From positions 1-53,221 of the forward strand of contig JAKAQS010000001.1 in the NCBI GenBank assembly GCA_021819585.1: a DNA stretch of 53,221 bases. Reading direction: 5' to 3'. Both the position numbers and the translations under genes were made by a program. This stretch comes from Acidobacteriota bacterium. Its GTDB lineage: Bacteria; Acidobacteriota; Terriglobia; Terriglobales; Acidobacteriaceae. The notes beneath the pieces are model-generated. The model did not search any database, was not told the origin of the DNA, and saw nothing but the letters and a program-made list of their open reading frames with translations. Positions 16,905-26,451 of this stretch are shown here, in pieces (position 1 is the first letter of the stretch; the number at the start of each line of letters is the position of its first letter).

Positions 16905-18431
16905 CTATTCTTTGCTGCGCTTCTTTAGCGTGATATCCAGGCGCTTGATCTTCTGGTTGAGCGTGGAGAGCGGAATTCTGAAGTACTCTGACGCCTCCGT
17001 CTGGTTCCAGTTGCAGCGTTCCAGCCGGTCGGAGATGATGCGCCGTTCGATCTCCTCCATCACATCGAAGAGCGAAGCATCCGGTTTCTGCTCCAGCAGG
17101 GCGGTGGAGAAGGTATTGCCACGCAACTGAGACGGCAGCAGGTCCGGTGTCAACATGGGGCCGTTGGCCAGCACCACGCCTCGCTCCATGGCATTCTCCA
17201 GTTCGCGCACGTTGCCGGGCCAGTCGTAGTCCATCATCAGCCGTAGCGACTCCGGCGCCAGCACGGGTGGCGTAAAGCCATTCTCCTCGGAGTAAAACTT
17301 CAGGTAATGGTTGGCCAGCAGAGGAATATCCTCCTTGCGGTTACGCAGCGGCGGCAACTCGAGAGAGATCACGTTGAGCCGGTAGAAGAGATCTTCGCGG
17401 AAGCGGCCCTCTTTCACCGCCTTCTCCAGGTTGACGTTGGTGGCGGCGAGAATGCGGATGTCCACCTGGATCTCCTTGGTTCCACCCACATGCATGAAGC
17501 GGCGGTCCTGCAGAACGCGCAGGATTTTGGCCTGCATGTCCATGCGCATGGTGCCAATCTCATCCAGAAACAGCGTTCCTCCATCTGCAACCTCGAAGAG
17601 CCCCTTCTTGGCTGCGACGGCTGAGGTAAAGGCGCCGCGCTCATGGCCAAACAGCGTGGACTCGAGCAGGTCCGAAGGCACCGCTCCCGTGTTGACCGGA
17701 ATGAAGGGTTTATCGCGCCGCGGGGAGTGGGCGTGAATGGCCTTGGCGATCAACTCCTTTCCGGTTCCACTCTCTCCTTGAATCAAGACCGTTGAGCGGC
17801 TGGGCGCGACCTGCGCGATCAGATCGAACAACTGCAGCATCGCCTCGCTCTTGCCCACGATGTTCTCAAAGGAGACACGTTGCTTGAGCGTGCGTTTGAG
17901 GTGGACCACCTCCTGCTCGGCGCGATTCTTGCCGATTGCGACGCGGATATCCGCCAACAGTTTTTCGTTGTCCCAGGGCTTCTGGATGAAGTTGCAGGCG
18001 CCGGCCCGAATGGCATCCACCACATTCCCCACGGTCCCGTATGCGGTGATCATGATCACCGGAAGCTCCGGCACCAGCGCGTGGATCCGCGGCAGCAAAT
18101 CAATGCCGCTCTGCCCGGGCAGCGCAAGGTCAAGGAGCATGAGGTCGTAGACGTATTGCGACAACTGTTCCAGACCCGCGGCGCCATCGGCGGCCAGATC
18201 AACGCGGAATCCCTCCAGGGTCAGCAGGGTTTCGAGAGAGTCGCGGATTCCCGCCTCGTCGTCGACGATGAGAATCCTCTGCCCGGCGGAATGGGCCGCA
18301 ACGGCTGGTTTCTCCGCTTGATCGCCGAGAATCGCCTCGGGACGATCGCTTTCGGTTCCTGGAAGATCGTGCATGGCTGGTTCCTGATGGCTTGAGGTTG
18401 CTTCCCGATGGCTCAGGGTTGCTCTAGACAT
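16905..18431 (-). CDS. Sigma54-interacting (NtrC-family) response regulator
   Basis: Receiver domain (IVDDE...LLDL), AAA+ GESGTGKE, GAFTSA loop, LFLDEI, FREDLFYRL, WPGNVREL, C-terminal Fis-type HTH; alternative start 18374. Confidence 0.93.
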   Translation of the reverse strand: MSRATLSHREATSSHQEPAMHDLPGTESDRPEAILGDQAEKPAVAAHSAGQRILIVDDEAGIRDSLETLLTLEGFRVDLAADGAAGLEQLSQYVYDLMLLDLALPGQSGIDLLPRIHALVPELPVIMITAYGTVGNVVDAIRAGACNFIQKPWDNEKLLADIRVAIGKNRAEQEVVHLKRTLKQRVSFENIVGKSEAMLQLFDLIAQVAPSRSTVLIQGESGTGKELIAKAIHAHSPRRDKPFIPVNTGAVPSDLLESTLFGHERGAFTSAVAAKKGLFEVADGGTLFLDEIGTMRMDMQAKILRVLQDRRFMHVGGTKEIQVDIRILAATNVNLEKAVKEGRFREDLFYRLNVISLELPPLRNRKEDIPLLANHYLKFYSEENGFTPPVLAPESLRLMMDYDWPGNVRELENAMERGVVLANGPMLTPDLLPSQLRGNTFSTALLEQKPDASLFDVMEEIERRIISDRLERCNWNQTEASEYFRIPLSTLNQKIKRLDITLKKRSKE

Positions 18432-21426
18432 GGACTACCTTTCCTTCTCCTGTTGGAGGCTGACTTCCAAAGGACTTTTCGGAGGGATCTCCCGGTTGGC
18501 GATCAGCATGGGCTTTGGCCGGATTTTTTGCTCCGGCCGCATCCGCCGTGGGAAGTTCCAGTCGGAAGGTGGCGCCTTCGCCTGGCGTGCTGCTCACCTC
18601 GATCGTGCCGGCGTGCTCCTGGATGATGCCGTAGGTTACTGCCAGTCCCAGCCCCGTTCCCTTCCTTTGTCCCTCTTTCGGATTGCTCTTGGTGGTGAAA
18701 AAAGGGTCGTAGATCTTGCGCAAAACCTCCGGCGACATGCCGACGCCGTTGTCTTCCACGCGAAGCTCCACTCCTTTGGATGTCTTCGTGGTATGAATGC
18801 GTACGCTGCCACCGCCCTTTTCCAGCAGCGCATCCCTGGCATTGAGCACCAGATTCACCAGCACCTGCTGCAGCTTGCCGCGGTTTCCCGCAACCAAGGG
18901 GAGATCCTCGTCCAGATCGAGCGAAACCGCAACGCCTCCGGAGCGCATCTGGTGTTCCAGGAGCAGGATCGTATCGCGCACCATCAGGTTTACATCCACA
19001 CGCCCAAAGTCCACACTGCCCATGCGCGAGAAGTTCAATAATCCATTGACGATTTCCGAGGCGCGGAAGGTCTGTTGGGTAATCTTCTCCAGCACGGGCT
19101 GCAGGCGCGCGTGGGTGGCCTCATCCGAGCGTAACTGCTTGCCCAGCATCTGGGCGTAGCTGGAGATGACCGCCAGCGGGGTGTTCACCTCATGGGCGAC
19201 GCCGGCTGCCAGAAGGCCGATGGAAGAGAGCTTTTCAGTCTGCGTCAGTTGGGTCTCCATGTTGATGCGGTCGGTGATGTCATCCACAATCACGATTCTT
19301 CCCACAGCCTGGAGGTCGCGGTTGAGCAGCGGTGCTATGGTGATGTTGGCAATGCGCGCATCGCCGGAGGGCGTGGGCAGGCGAAACTTGTACAACGTGC
19401 TGACTCCCTGTTCTCCCCGCAGGCGATCGAACTCCTGCAAAAACTCCGCCGGAAAGACCTCGTGCAAAAAGCGGCGAAGCGCCTCCCCGCGTGGGGTCGC
19501 GTACATCCCCTCCATCCGTGCATTCCAGCTCTCGATGCGGTCGTCCAGGTCCACGGCGAAGACGCCGATGTTGATCGACTCCACAATGTTCTCGTTGAAG
19601 TCGCGCAGGCGCTCAAAGTCCTGAATCTTCTGCTCCAGCCGGTGATACAGCAGAGCGTTCTGAATGGCGATTCCGATATATCCGGCCAGGGACTCCAATA
19701 GCTCCATATCTTCACTGGAGAGGAAATCCCCAGACCCGGTCCGGCCCAGACCCAGCACTGCAATGGTGCTGTGTCCAGAGCCCTCGTGCCGCGCCGCCCG
19801 GCAGGGGACATAGTAGTTCAAATCCAGAGCCGCCGCGGCCTGACGCTCCGCATCCGGGAGCCGCAGCATGGCATTGGGAGTCTCAAAGAAGAGATGGTTG
19901 GTGCTGTCCCGATGGTCAAAGTCCAGAAACCCGAGCGCCAACGAGTCGGCGCCGGCCAGCACTTGCGGAGATAGACCGTGGGAGGCGGCCAGCGAGAATG
20001 AGCTGCTTTGCCCATCGGTCTCCTCTTTGGCCAGAAATACCGCGACGCGAGTCACCAGCAACGTCTCCGGAAGGCGCTCGACGATCGAGTTCATCAGCTC
20101 GATCAGGTTGGTCTGCGCATTCAATTCACTTCCGAACTCGACCAGCGTCTCGCGATAATCGATGCTCTTCTGATCGAAGACTCGATCGAGCTGCCCCTGA
20201 ATGACACGTTTGAGCGGATCAAAGACCAATCCGGTCACGATGACAGCGGCGACCAGGCCCCACTCTCCCAGATGCTCGAAGCGCTGATGCACGAACTCCG
20301 CGCTGAGCGCGATGATGCCGAAGTAGATGCCCACCAGCGCGGCGGTAGCCAGGGTATAGGATGCGCCGCGCTTGAAGATCAGATCCACATCCATCAGCCG
20401 GTAGCGCACAATCGCCCAACTGAAGGTCAATGGCAGCAGAATCAGCGATAGCAGAGCTACCCGGGTAAGAGCGCTGGGGACATAATCGTCAAACAGATAA
20501 GGAATCACGTACAGGGCGGTGAAGGGAACCACTGTCAGAGCCGTTCCGCGCGATAGCCACTTCAACTGCTGACGCTGCAACGGCTGCTCTTCTTCCCGGT
20601 ACCGCACACCGAAGACTACCCCCGCCAGGATGTAATAACTGGCCAGGTAGATGTAGTTGAACTTGTTTAGCCGCAACTGCAGTTGCCCGGTCGACTCCCA
20701 GTAGGTGTACGACAGATAGTGCAAAACGCCCAGAACCACACCTGGAAAGTAGAGCAGCGGATACAACAGCCGGTTGCGTCGCCGCGAGGTTTCGTCGGTG
20801 AAACTGACGGCGAAGTGCAGGAACAGCGCCGGCTGCAACTCGGACGCAATGATGTTGCCAGTGAGAATGGTGATGTCCAGACCATCCAACACGCCCGTAT
20901 ACCGAAAGGCATACAGGATGAAAGAGACCAGGCAGAACACATAGAAGTGAGTTGACTTGGGCGCCGTCCAGCGCCGGAACAGAACAAAGAGGCCAATCGC
21001 AAGATAGACCAGAGCGAGCAACCGTTCCACCTGAAAGTTGGTCCGGTCCAAAGGTTCCAGATATACCCACACTGGAATCTCTACTGGCTTGGCGCTATCG
21101 TTGGCGCGCCGCAGCAGGGTGTACTTCACCTTGGACCAGACGCCGTTGACGTAGATCTGGCGGCTCAGGGTGGCAAGCGTCGGCGTGGGCACATCGTTTA
21201 CTGAGGTGAGCACGTCTCCGGTTCTTACCCCGGCACGGTAGGCGGCTGTGTCAGGCGGAACGAGATAAGCGCGCAACCCTCCCGTCGCCTCGATCCAGCG
21301 TGCGCCGTCGGTTGCAGGAGTGTAGCTGCTCTCCTGATTCACGTTCGCAATCGCCAGTCCAAGGGCGGCGAGAGTAAAAACCGCCAGTACAATCGCCAAC
21401 AGCCGGGTTTGGGCGCCGCTCTTCAC
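18424..21426 (-). CDS. Membrane sensor histidine kinase (PDZ-like, multi-TM, GAF, PAS, HisKA, HATPase)
   Basis: A.RAGVRTGDVLTSVN PDZ-like motif, multiple TM segments, GVAHEVNTPL H-box, NLVLNA, DNGVG, PFFTTK, GTGLGL; GTG 21426 preferred, ORF extends to 21558. Confidence 0.92.
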   Translation of the reverse strand: MKSGAQTRLLAIVLAVFTLAALGLAIANVNQESSYTPATDGARWIEATGGLRAYLVPPDTAAYRAGVRTGDVLTSVNDVPTPTLATLSRQIYVNGVWSKVKYTLLRRANDSAKPVEIPVWVYLEPLDRTNFQVERLLALVYLAIGLFVLFRRWTAPKSTHFYVFCLVSFILYAFRYTGVLDGLDITILTGNIIASELQPALFLHFAVSFTDETSRRRNRLLYPLLYFPGVVLGVLHYLSYTYWESTGQLQLRLNKFNYIYLASYYILAGVVFGVRYREEEQPLQRQQLKWLSRGTALTVVPFTALYVIPYLFDDYVPSALTRVALLSLILLPLTFSWAIVRYRLMDVDLIFKRGASYTLATAALVGIYFGIIALSAEFVHQRFEHLGEWGLVAAVIVTGLVFDPLKRVIQGQLDRVFDQKSIDYRETLVEFGSELNAQTNLIELMNSIVERLPETLLVTRVAVFLAKEETDGQSSSFSLAASHGLSPQVLAGADSLALGFLDFDHRDSTNHLFFETPNAMLRLPDAERQAAAALDLNYYVPCRAARHEGSGHSTIAVLGLGRTGSGDFLSSEDMELLESLAGYIGIAIQNALLYHRLEQKIQDFERLRDFNENIVESINIGVFAVDLDDRIESWNARMEGMYATPRGEALRRFLHEVFPAEFLQEFDRLRGEQGVSTLYKFRLPTPSGDARIANITIAPLLNRDLQAVGRIVIVDDITDRINMETQLTQTEKLSSIGLLAAGVAHEVNTPLAVISSYAQMLGKQLRSDEATHARLQPVLEKITQQTFRASEIVNGLLNFSRMGSVDFGRVDVNLMVRDTILLLEHQMRSGGVAVSLDLDEDLPLVAGNRGKLQQVLVNLVLNARDALLEKGGGSVRIHTTKTSKGVELRVEDNGVGMSPEVLRKIYDPFFTTKSNPKEGQRKGTGLGLAVTYGIIQEHAGTIEVSSTPGEGATFRLELPTADAAGAKNPAKAHADRQPGDPSEKSFGSQPPTGEGKVVHV

Positions 21427-22008
21427 GCGGAAAAATACCGTCTTTCGAAAGTCAACTGTTTCCGTATGCAAACGACCATCCAAAGCCAGATTCTTCAAAA
21501 CCCCATTTTCTCTTTGAGAATTGAGGAATTCTGCTCTTTGGGTAGGGTCTGGATGCACATAATCATAGGGGCATACGCATTTCGGAATAACTTGGTTCCG
21601 TTCTGATCTCTAGTTGGACGGATCAAGGAGCCGACTCGCTTGGGTTACCCGGAACGAAGCCCTCCCCAAATCCAAACTGATCTGTCTCTCGCTCCCCTCC
21701 GGCTGGAGAAATCCAGACGGAGCTGTCCGGAGCCTATGCTCCCCCTAAAATTCCCAGCAATGGCTGATGATCGGTCAGGAATGTTAATTCTGCCGCCGGG
21801 TGAGTCTCCGGATGGTGATTTTCACGTATGGTTAACATTGGCGTGGACCGGACTGACGGCAACGTCCCTGGTTCAGCCAGGCCAGATTCGCGGCAGTATG
21901 CCCTATCGGCCCGTCCCGACTCAATTGAACGCTCTTATTGGGTTGATTCCAAATGGCTTTCCTTTATGGGCGCGGGTTTGAATTCAGCTTGGATTGGGTT
22001 GAGAGACG

Positions 22009-23010
22009 ATGATGGTGCGTCGCCAGATTGGCGTAGACGGTCTTCGCCTCTCCTATCTTGAAAGGGGTAGCGCGGCCAGGAATCAGCCTTCGCTTGTCCT
22101 CTTGCATGGCCTGATGGGCTGCGCGGAGACATTCCTCCCGCTCATGGACCACCTCCGCCCGGATCTGCATGTTGTCGCGCTCGACCTTCCCGGCGCCGGC
22201 GAGTCCGAACGGCGTCAGGACATTGATCCCCGCCTGGCTTCCACAGCGAAGTACGTCGGACGGGTTCTTGCGCAGCTCGGCCTTCACCGGCCGATGATTC
22301 TGGGGCACTCCTATGGCGGAGCGATTGCGCTCAGCCTGACGGCGCAACAGCGCCATTCTGTAAGCTCCCTGGTGCTGCTCGCGCCCGCCCACCCCTACTT
22401 CGACCAGAGCGATCCGGTCATCCGCTTCTATCTCTCCAAGCCGGGCGAACTCTTCGCCTACCTGTTGCCCTGGCTGCCAGAGTGGCTGCAGATAATTGGC
22501 TTGCGGCGTATGGCCGGCCCGCAGCGCGTGGACACCCCGGACAGTCTTCGGCCTTACCGCAACAATCTGCGCACCCCGGGCACCATTCTGCATCTGTTGC
22601 GTCTGCTGCGCACCTGGCACAAGGATATGTCCCGCCTGCGGCGCGCTCTGCGCCGTTCGCTTCCGGTCCCGACCCTCATGCTATGGGGCGAGTGCGATCG
22701 GGCTGTGCCGATCCGTTCGGCGCCCAAGCTGTGCGAGCGCTTCTGTCACGCCCGGCTGGTAACGCTGCCGGGGGTGGGCCACCGTCCTGCCGAAGAAGCG
22801 CCGGAACAGGTGGCCGGATACATTCACTCCTGGTTGGAGAGGCAAGCCCGCCAGGCCTCGGTCCCCGACAGCAAGAAAGTCTCGGTCAGCCAGGCGCGAA
22901 CTGTGCCGGTCATCTCGCCCAGCTTCGAGCCAGGCGGTGAGAGCCCGGCCTCGGCGCTGGCGAAGAAGTGGTCAGCACCCGCGATCCACACAACTTTCTT
23001 GGGTTCCTGA
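22009..23010 (+). CDS. Alpha/beta fold hydrolase
   Basis: LLHG, DLPGAG, GHSYGG nucleophile elbow, WGECD, GH catalytic His. Confidence 0.9.
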   Translation: MMVRRQIGVDGLRLSYLERGSAARNQPSLVLLHGLMGCAETFLPLMDHLRPDLHVVALDLPGAGESERRQDIDPRLASTAKYVGRVLAQLGLHRPMILGHSYGGAIALSLTAQQRHSVSSLVLLAPAHPYFDQSDPVIRFYLSKPGELFAYLLPWLPEWLQIIGLRRMAGPQRVDTPDSLRPYRNNLRTPGTILHLLRLLRTWHKDMSRLRRALRRSLPVPTLMLWGECDRAVPIRSAPKLCERFCHARLVTLPGVGHRPAEEAPEQVAGYIHSWLERQARQASVPDSKKVSVSQARTVPVISPSFEPGGESPASALAKKWSAPAIHTTFLGS

Positions 23011-23681
23011 GCCGGCGCCAGCGTGGACTCCAGCACCCCCTGCGGACAGAAACTGTCTTGGTCCCCGCTCACAAAGAGCTTCGGAACCCCTCCACAGGCG
23101 GGTAGGAATCGATAGCTAAACGTTCTATTGGGCACCCTTGTTTGGTCTTCGGCGCCGCTGGACCCTTCCAAGCTGCTATCGGCGAGCAACTCCCTGCCAG
23201 AAAGTCCGGCTGTCAGTCCCCTGACTGAGGCGAAGAAGCTCTGGGGTTGCACCAAAGGCAAACCCAGTGCAATCAGCCCTTGCACCCGGGCGTCCCCGCA
23301 GCAGGCGCGCAGCCCCACGTTGGCTCCAAAGGAGAAGCCGGCAAAGAGGATGGGCCGTCCAAAGTTTGCCGCCAGCCAGTCCAGCGCACTGCGAACGTCA
23401 TCGACCTCGCCGTATCCATTGTCATGCCTCCCCTGGCTCAGGCCTGTGCCGCGAAAGTTGAAGCGCAGTACGGGCAGTCCAAAGCCGGAAAAGACCTTGG
23501 CGGCGTGGTACACCACCTTGTGATGCATGGTGCCTCCGCTGGGCGGATGGGGATGGGTCACCAGAGCAGTGTAGGGGGCATCCGCTCGCCCGGTGTTCAG
23601 AATCGCCTCCAGCTTTCCGGCGGTTCCGCGCAGGTCGTCGATGCTCTTGATGCTGGATTGAAATGGGGTGGAATCGCTCAC
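22824..23681 (-). CDS. Alpha/beta superfamily hydrolase (COG2945-like)
   Basis: HPHP..GGTM..KV, RFNFRG.G.S.G, GFSFG, GDQD, GADHFF. Confidence 0.88.
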   Translation of the reverse strand: MSDSTPFQSSIKSIDDLRGTAGKLEAILNTGRADAPYTALVTHPHPPSGGTMHHKVVYHAAKVFSGFGLPVLRFNFRGTGLSQGRHDNGYGEVDDVRSALDWLAANFGRPILFAGFSFGANVGLRACCGDARVQGLIALGLPLVQPQSFFASVRGLTAGLSGRELLADSSLEGSSGAEDQTRVPNRTFSYRFLPACGGVPKLFVSGDQDSFCPQGVLESTLAPAQEPKKVVWIAGADHFFASAEAGLSPPGSKLGEMTGTVRAWLTETFLLSGTEAWRACLSNQE

Positions 23682-23753
23682 CTGTTCAGTGTAGGGCTTG
23701 TTCTTTGGTTTGAAAGCTCAGCTTGCGGACGGCCTTCGGTTATCCTTGGCTTA

Positions 23754-24791
23754 ATGCCTATAGACCCCATCGAACTCACCAGGCAACTGGTCGACATTGA
23801 ATCCACTACCTATCACGAGGCCCGCGTGGGCGAGTTTCTGGCGGGCTACCTGGCCCAGCAGGGCTATGTGGCCGAGCGCCAGAACGTGCCCCAGCCCGAT
23901 CCGGCAAGAAATCCCGATGCCGGCTCGGGTCCGCGCTTCAACATCTACGCCTCGCTGCCCGGCGTCACGCCGGATCTGGTCCTCTCCTCGCACATGGATA
24001 CGGTCCCTCCGTTCCTTGGTCCCTGCCGGGAGGACGCGGAGTTTCTCTATGGCCGCGGCGCCTGTGATGCCAAAGGCATCATCGCCGCACAGATAGCCGC
24101 CGCGGAGAAGCTCATCGCTGCCGGCAAGCGGATTGCCCTGCTCTATGTGGTTGGCGAGGAGCGCGACTCTGCCGGCGCTCTGGTGGCCAACCAGACGCCC
24201 CGCGGATCGCGTTTTCTCATCAATGGAGAGCCTACGGAAAACCGTCTGGCGCTGGCTTCCAAGGGCTGCCTGCGGGTTGAACTGCGGGCGCGCGGCAAGA
24301 TGGCGCACTCAGCCTATCCGGAGCTGGGTGAATCGGCCATCGACAAGCTGCTGGCTGTGCTCCACGACATCCAGGCCCTGCCGCTGCCGGTCGTCGAGGG
24401 AATTGGAGACAGCACCCTGAACATCGGCGTTCTGCGCGGCGGAATCGCCCCCAACGTCATTCCAGACAACGCCGAAGCCCTGATCCTGATTCGCCTGGTC
24501 GGTCCTCCGGAAGAGATCCAGGAGGCCATTCTCCGGGCCGCCGCAGGCCGCTGCGAGGTTCACTTCACCTTGAAGCTTCCCTATATGCATCTGCGCGCGG
24601 TCCCCGGCTTCGAGACTACGGTGGCCAAGTTCACCACCGACATCCCTTCGCTTACCGCCTGGGGCGAACCCTTTTTGCTGGGTCCGGGCAGCATCCTGGT
24701 GGCCCATACCCCTGACGAGCATATCCGAAAGTCGGAGCTGCTGGAGTGTGTGGACCTCTACGTCAAGCTCGCCAACAGCCTGCTCGGGTGA
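23754..24791 (+). CDS. M20/M25/M40 metallo-hydrolase (acetylornithine deacetylase-like)
   Basis: SHMDTV, GRGACDAKG, GEE, GEPT, AHS..PELG, AHTPDE. Confidence 0.9.
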   Translation: MPIDPIELTRQLVDIESTTYHEARVGEFLAGYLAQQGYVAERQNVPQPDPARNPDAGSGPRFNIYASLPGVTPDLVLSSHMDTVPPFLGPCREDAEFLYGRGACDAKGIIAAQIAAAEKLIAAGKRIALLYVVGEERDSAGALVANQTPRGSRFLINGEPTENRLALASKGCLRVELRARGKMAHSAYPELGESAIDKLLAVLHDIQALPLPVVEGIGDSTLNIGVLRGGIAPNVIPDNAEALILIRLVGPPEEIQEAILRAAAGRCEVHFTLKLPYMHLRAVPGFETTVAKFTTDIPSLTAWGEPFLLGPGSILVAHTPDEHIRKSELLECVDLYVKLANSLLG

Positions 24792-24896
24792 TCGCTTCCC
24801 GGGCCGCTCGGCTATCGCGCCAGAGCCCGGGCGCTTCCACCCGTCGTCGCCGGAGCGGCGTTAAACTCCTGGTCTTACACCGTACTTGGAATCGAC

Positions 24897-25598
24897 ATGT
24901 TCTCCGCGCTACGCATGGCTTTCGTCTTTGCCCTCTTCGGCATTCCCTCCGCCCTGGCCGGCATTCCCCTTTCGCTGCTGCGCGGCAATATCCGCGCCAT
25001 GTATCGCTGGGCCATGTTCTCCATGCGAGCCGGCATTTGGGTGGCCGGCATTCGCGTTCGCGTTCTTGGAGTGGAGAACATTCCCCAAGGCGAGTCCTGC
25101 ATCTTCCTCAGCAATCACGTCTCGAATCTGGATCCACCCATTCTCCTGCCCGCAATTCCCGGTATGTGCAGCGTCTTCCTGAAGAAGTCCTTGATGAAGG
25201 TTCCGCTGATCGGGACGGCCATGCGCCTGGGCAAGTACGTTCCGGTGGCGCGCGGCCACTCGCGGATGGAGGCAGAGCAGAGCGTAGCTCTTGCGGCTGA
25301 GGCTCTGCGCAGCGGCATGCACATCTTCATCTTCCCGGAGGGGACGCGCTCGCTGGATGGCAATCTTCTCCCTTTCAAGAAGGGCGCCTTCTTTCTTGCC
25401 GCCGATACCAACGCCCCTCTGGTTCCCATAATCATCCAGGGCACAGCCAGGATGATGCGCAAAGGAAGCATGAAGGTCTATCCGGGGTTGGCTACGGTGC
25501 GTTTTTTGCCCGCATTTCGTCCCCAGGACTTCTCCTCCCGCGAAGAGTTGATGGAGACTGTCAGCCGGGAGATGCAGGCGGCTCTTGCCCAGAGCTGA
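24897..25598 (+). CDS. plsC: 1-acyl-sn-glycerol-3-phosphate acyltransferase family protein
   Basis: NHVSNLD (HxxxxD), FPEGTRS, FKKGAF. Confidence 0.85.
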   Translation: MFSALRMAFVFALFGIPSALAGIPLSLLRGNIRAMYRWAMFSMRAGIWVAGIRVRVLGVENIPQGESCIFLSNHVSNLDPPILLPAIPGMCSVFLKKSLMKVPLIGTAMRLGKYVPVARGHSRMEAEQSVALAAEALRSGMHIFIFPEGTRSLDGNLLPFKKGAFFLAADTNAPLVPIIIQGTARMMRKGSMKVYPGLATVRFLPAFRPQDFSSREELMETVSREMQAALAQS

Positions 25599-25624
25599 AA
25601 GCTCCGTCCCGGACGATTTCCTTG

Positions 25625-26314
25625 CTACTTGATGATGGGCTGGTACCCATCCGCCAGCAGCCGCTGCTTGGCCGCATTGGCATCCTGGAGGCTGGGAAAC
25701 GGGCCCACCTGGATATGGAAGAACTTGTCCTGTGGCACGGTATGAGCGCTCACCGGATATCCTTTGGCGCGCAGCGCGCTCACCAGCAGTTCAGCATCCT
25801 CCTGGTGAGAGACAGCCGCTACCTGCACGATGAACTGTCCCGCGGCCGCCGGCGCCTCCGGGGTGGTGGCGGTGGAGGGTGACGAAGATCCCGAGGCGGA
25901 GGTTGAAGCGTTGCCCGGGGCCGTTGCCGCCGGGTTTGCCGTCGTGAGCGGGCCAGCCGCTGAGCCGGCTGGGGATGCAACGGGAGATAGGTCTCCGGCG
26001 CCAGGTCCAGAGCCGGCGGCCATGCCTGACTGGCCGGCTTCCGCCGGCGACCCTGCCGCCGGTTTGAAGCTGTTGAATAGATCGCTTCCGGGCTGAGCCT
26101 CGCCGGAACTGGAGGAGCCGGTCACGGGAACTGTCTTGACGCTACGGCTGCCCAGCCTGTAGCCGAAACCGAAGAAGCCTCCACACAGAAGCACCAAGGC
26201 GAGAAAGATTCCCAGCAAGGTTCCGGCGCCCAGCGTGAGTTCACGCTCCGGCCGGCGCTGCTCCCCATCGTCTTCATCGAGCATTCGAGTCATTGCGAAA
26301 GGTTTCCGTTCCAA
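25625..26314 (-). CDS. SPOR-domain membrane protein (DedD/FtsN-like)
   Basis: Single TM, Ala/Pro/Ser linker, C-terminal FIVQVAA...IQVGPF SPOR domain. Confidence 0.88.
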   Translation of the reverse strand: MERKPFAMTRMLDEDDGEQRRPERELTLGAGTLLGIFLALVLLCGGFFGFGYRLGSRSVKTVPVTGSSSSGEAQPGSDLFNSFKPAAGSPAEAGQSGMAAGSGPGAGDLSPVASPAGSAAGPLTTANPAATAPGNASTSASGSSSPSTATTPEAPAAAGQFIVQVAAVSHQEDAELLVSALRAKGYPVSAHTVPQDKFFHIQVGPFPSLQDANAAKQRLLADGYQPIIK

Positions 26315-26451
26315 GGGGAATCGTTCAAGAGGTGGTTATAACAGAGCCAGAGCCCATTCATCCCTTGGAGCGCCCGGCTAACGGTTCTCTTGTTGGGGCT
26401 GGCTGGCTACCTGCCTCCGCACTCCCAAGGAAGTCTTGGTTCAGCCCGATC

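Noticed and set aside
23247-23753. 169-aa N-terminal extension of the M20 peptidase ORF
   Set aside because: Antisense to the hydrolase gene; family similarity begins at ATG 23754.
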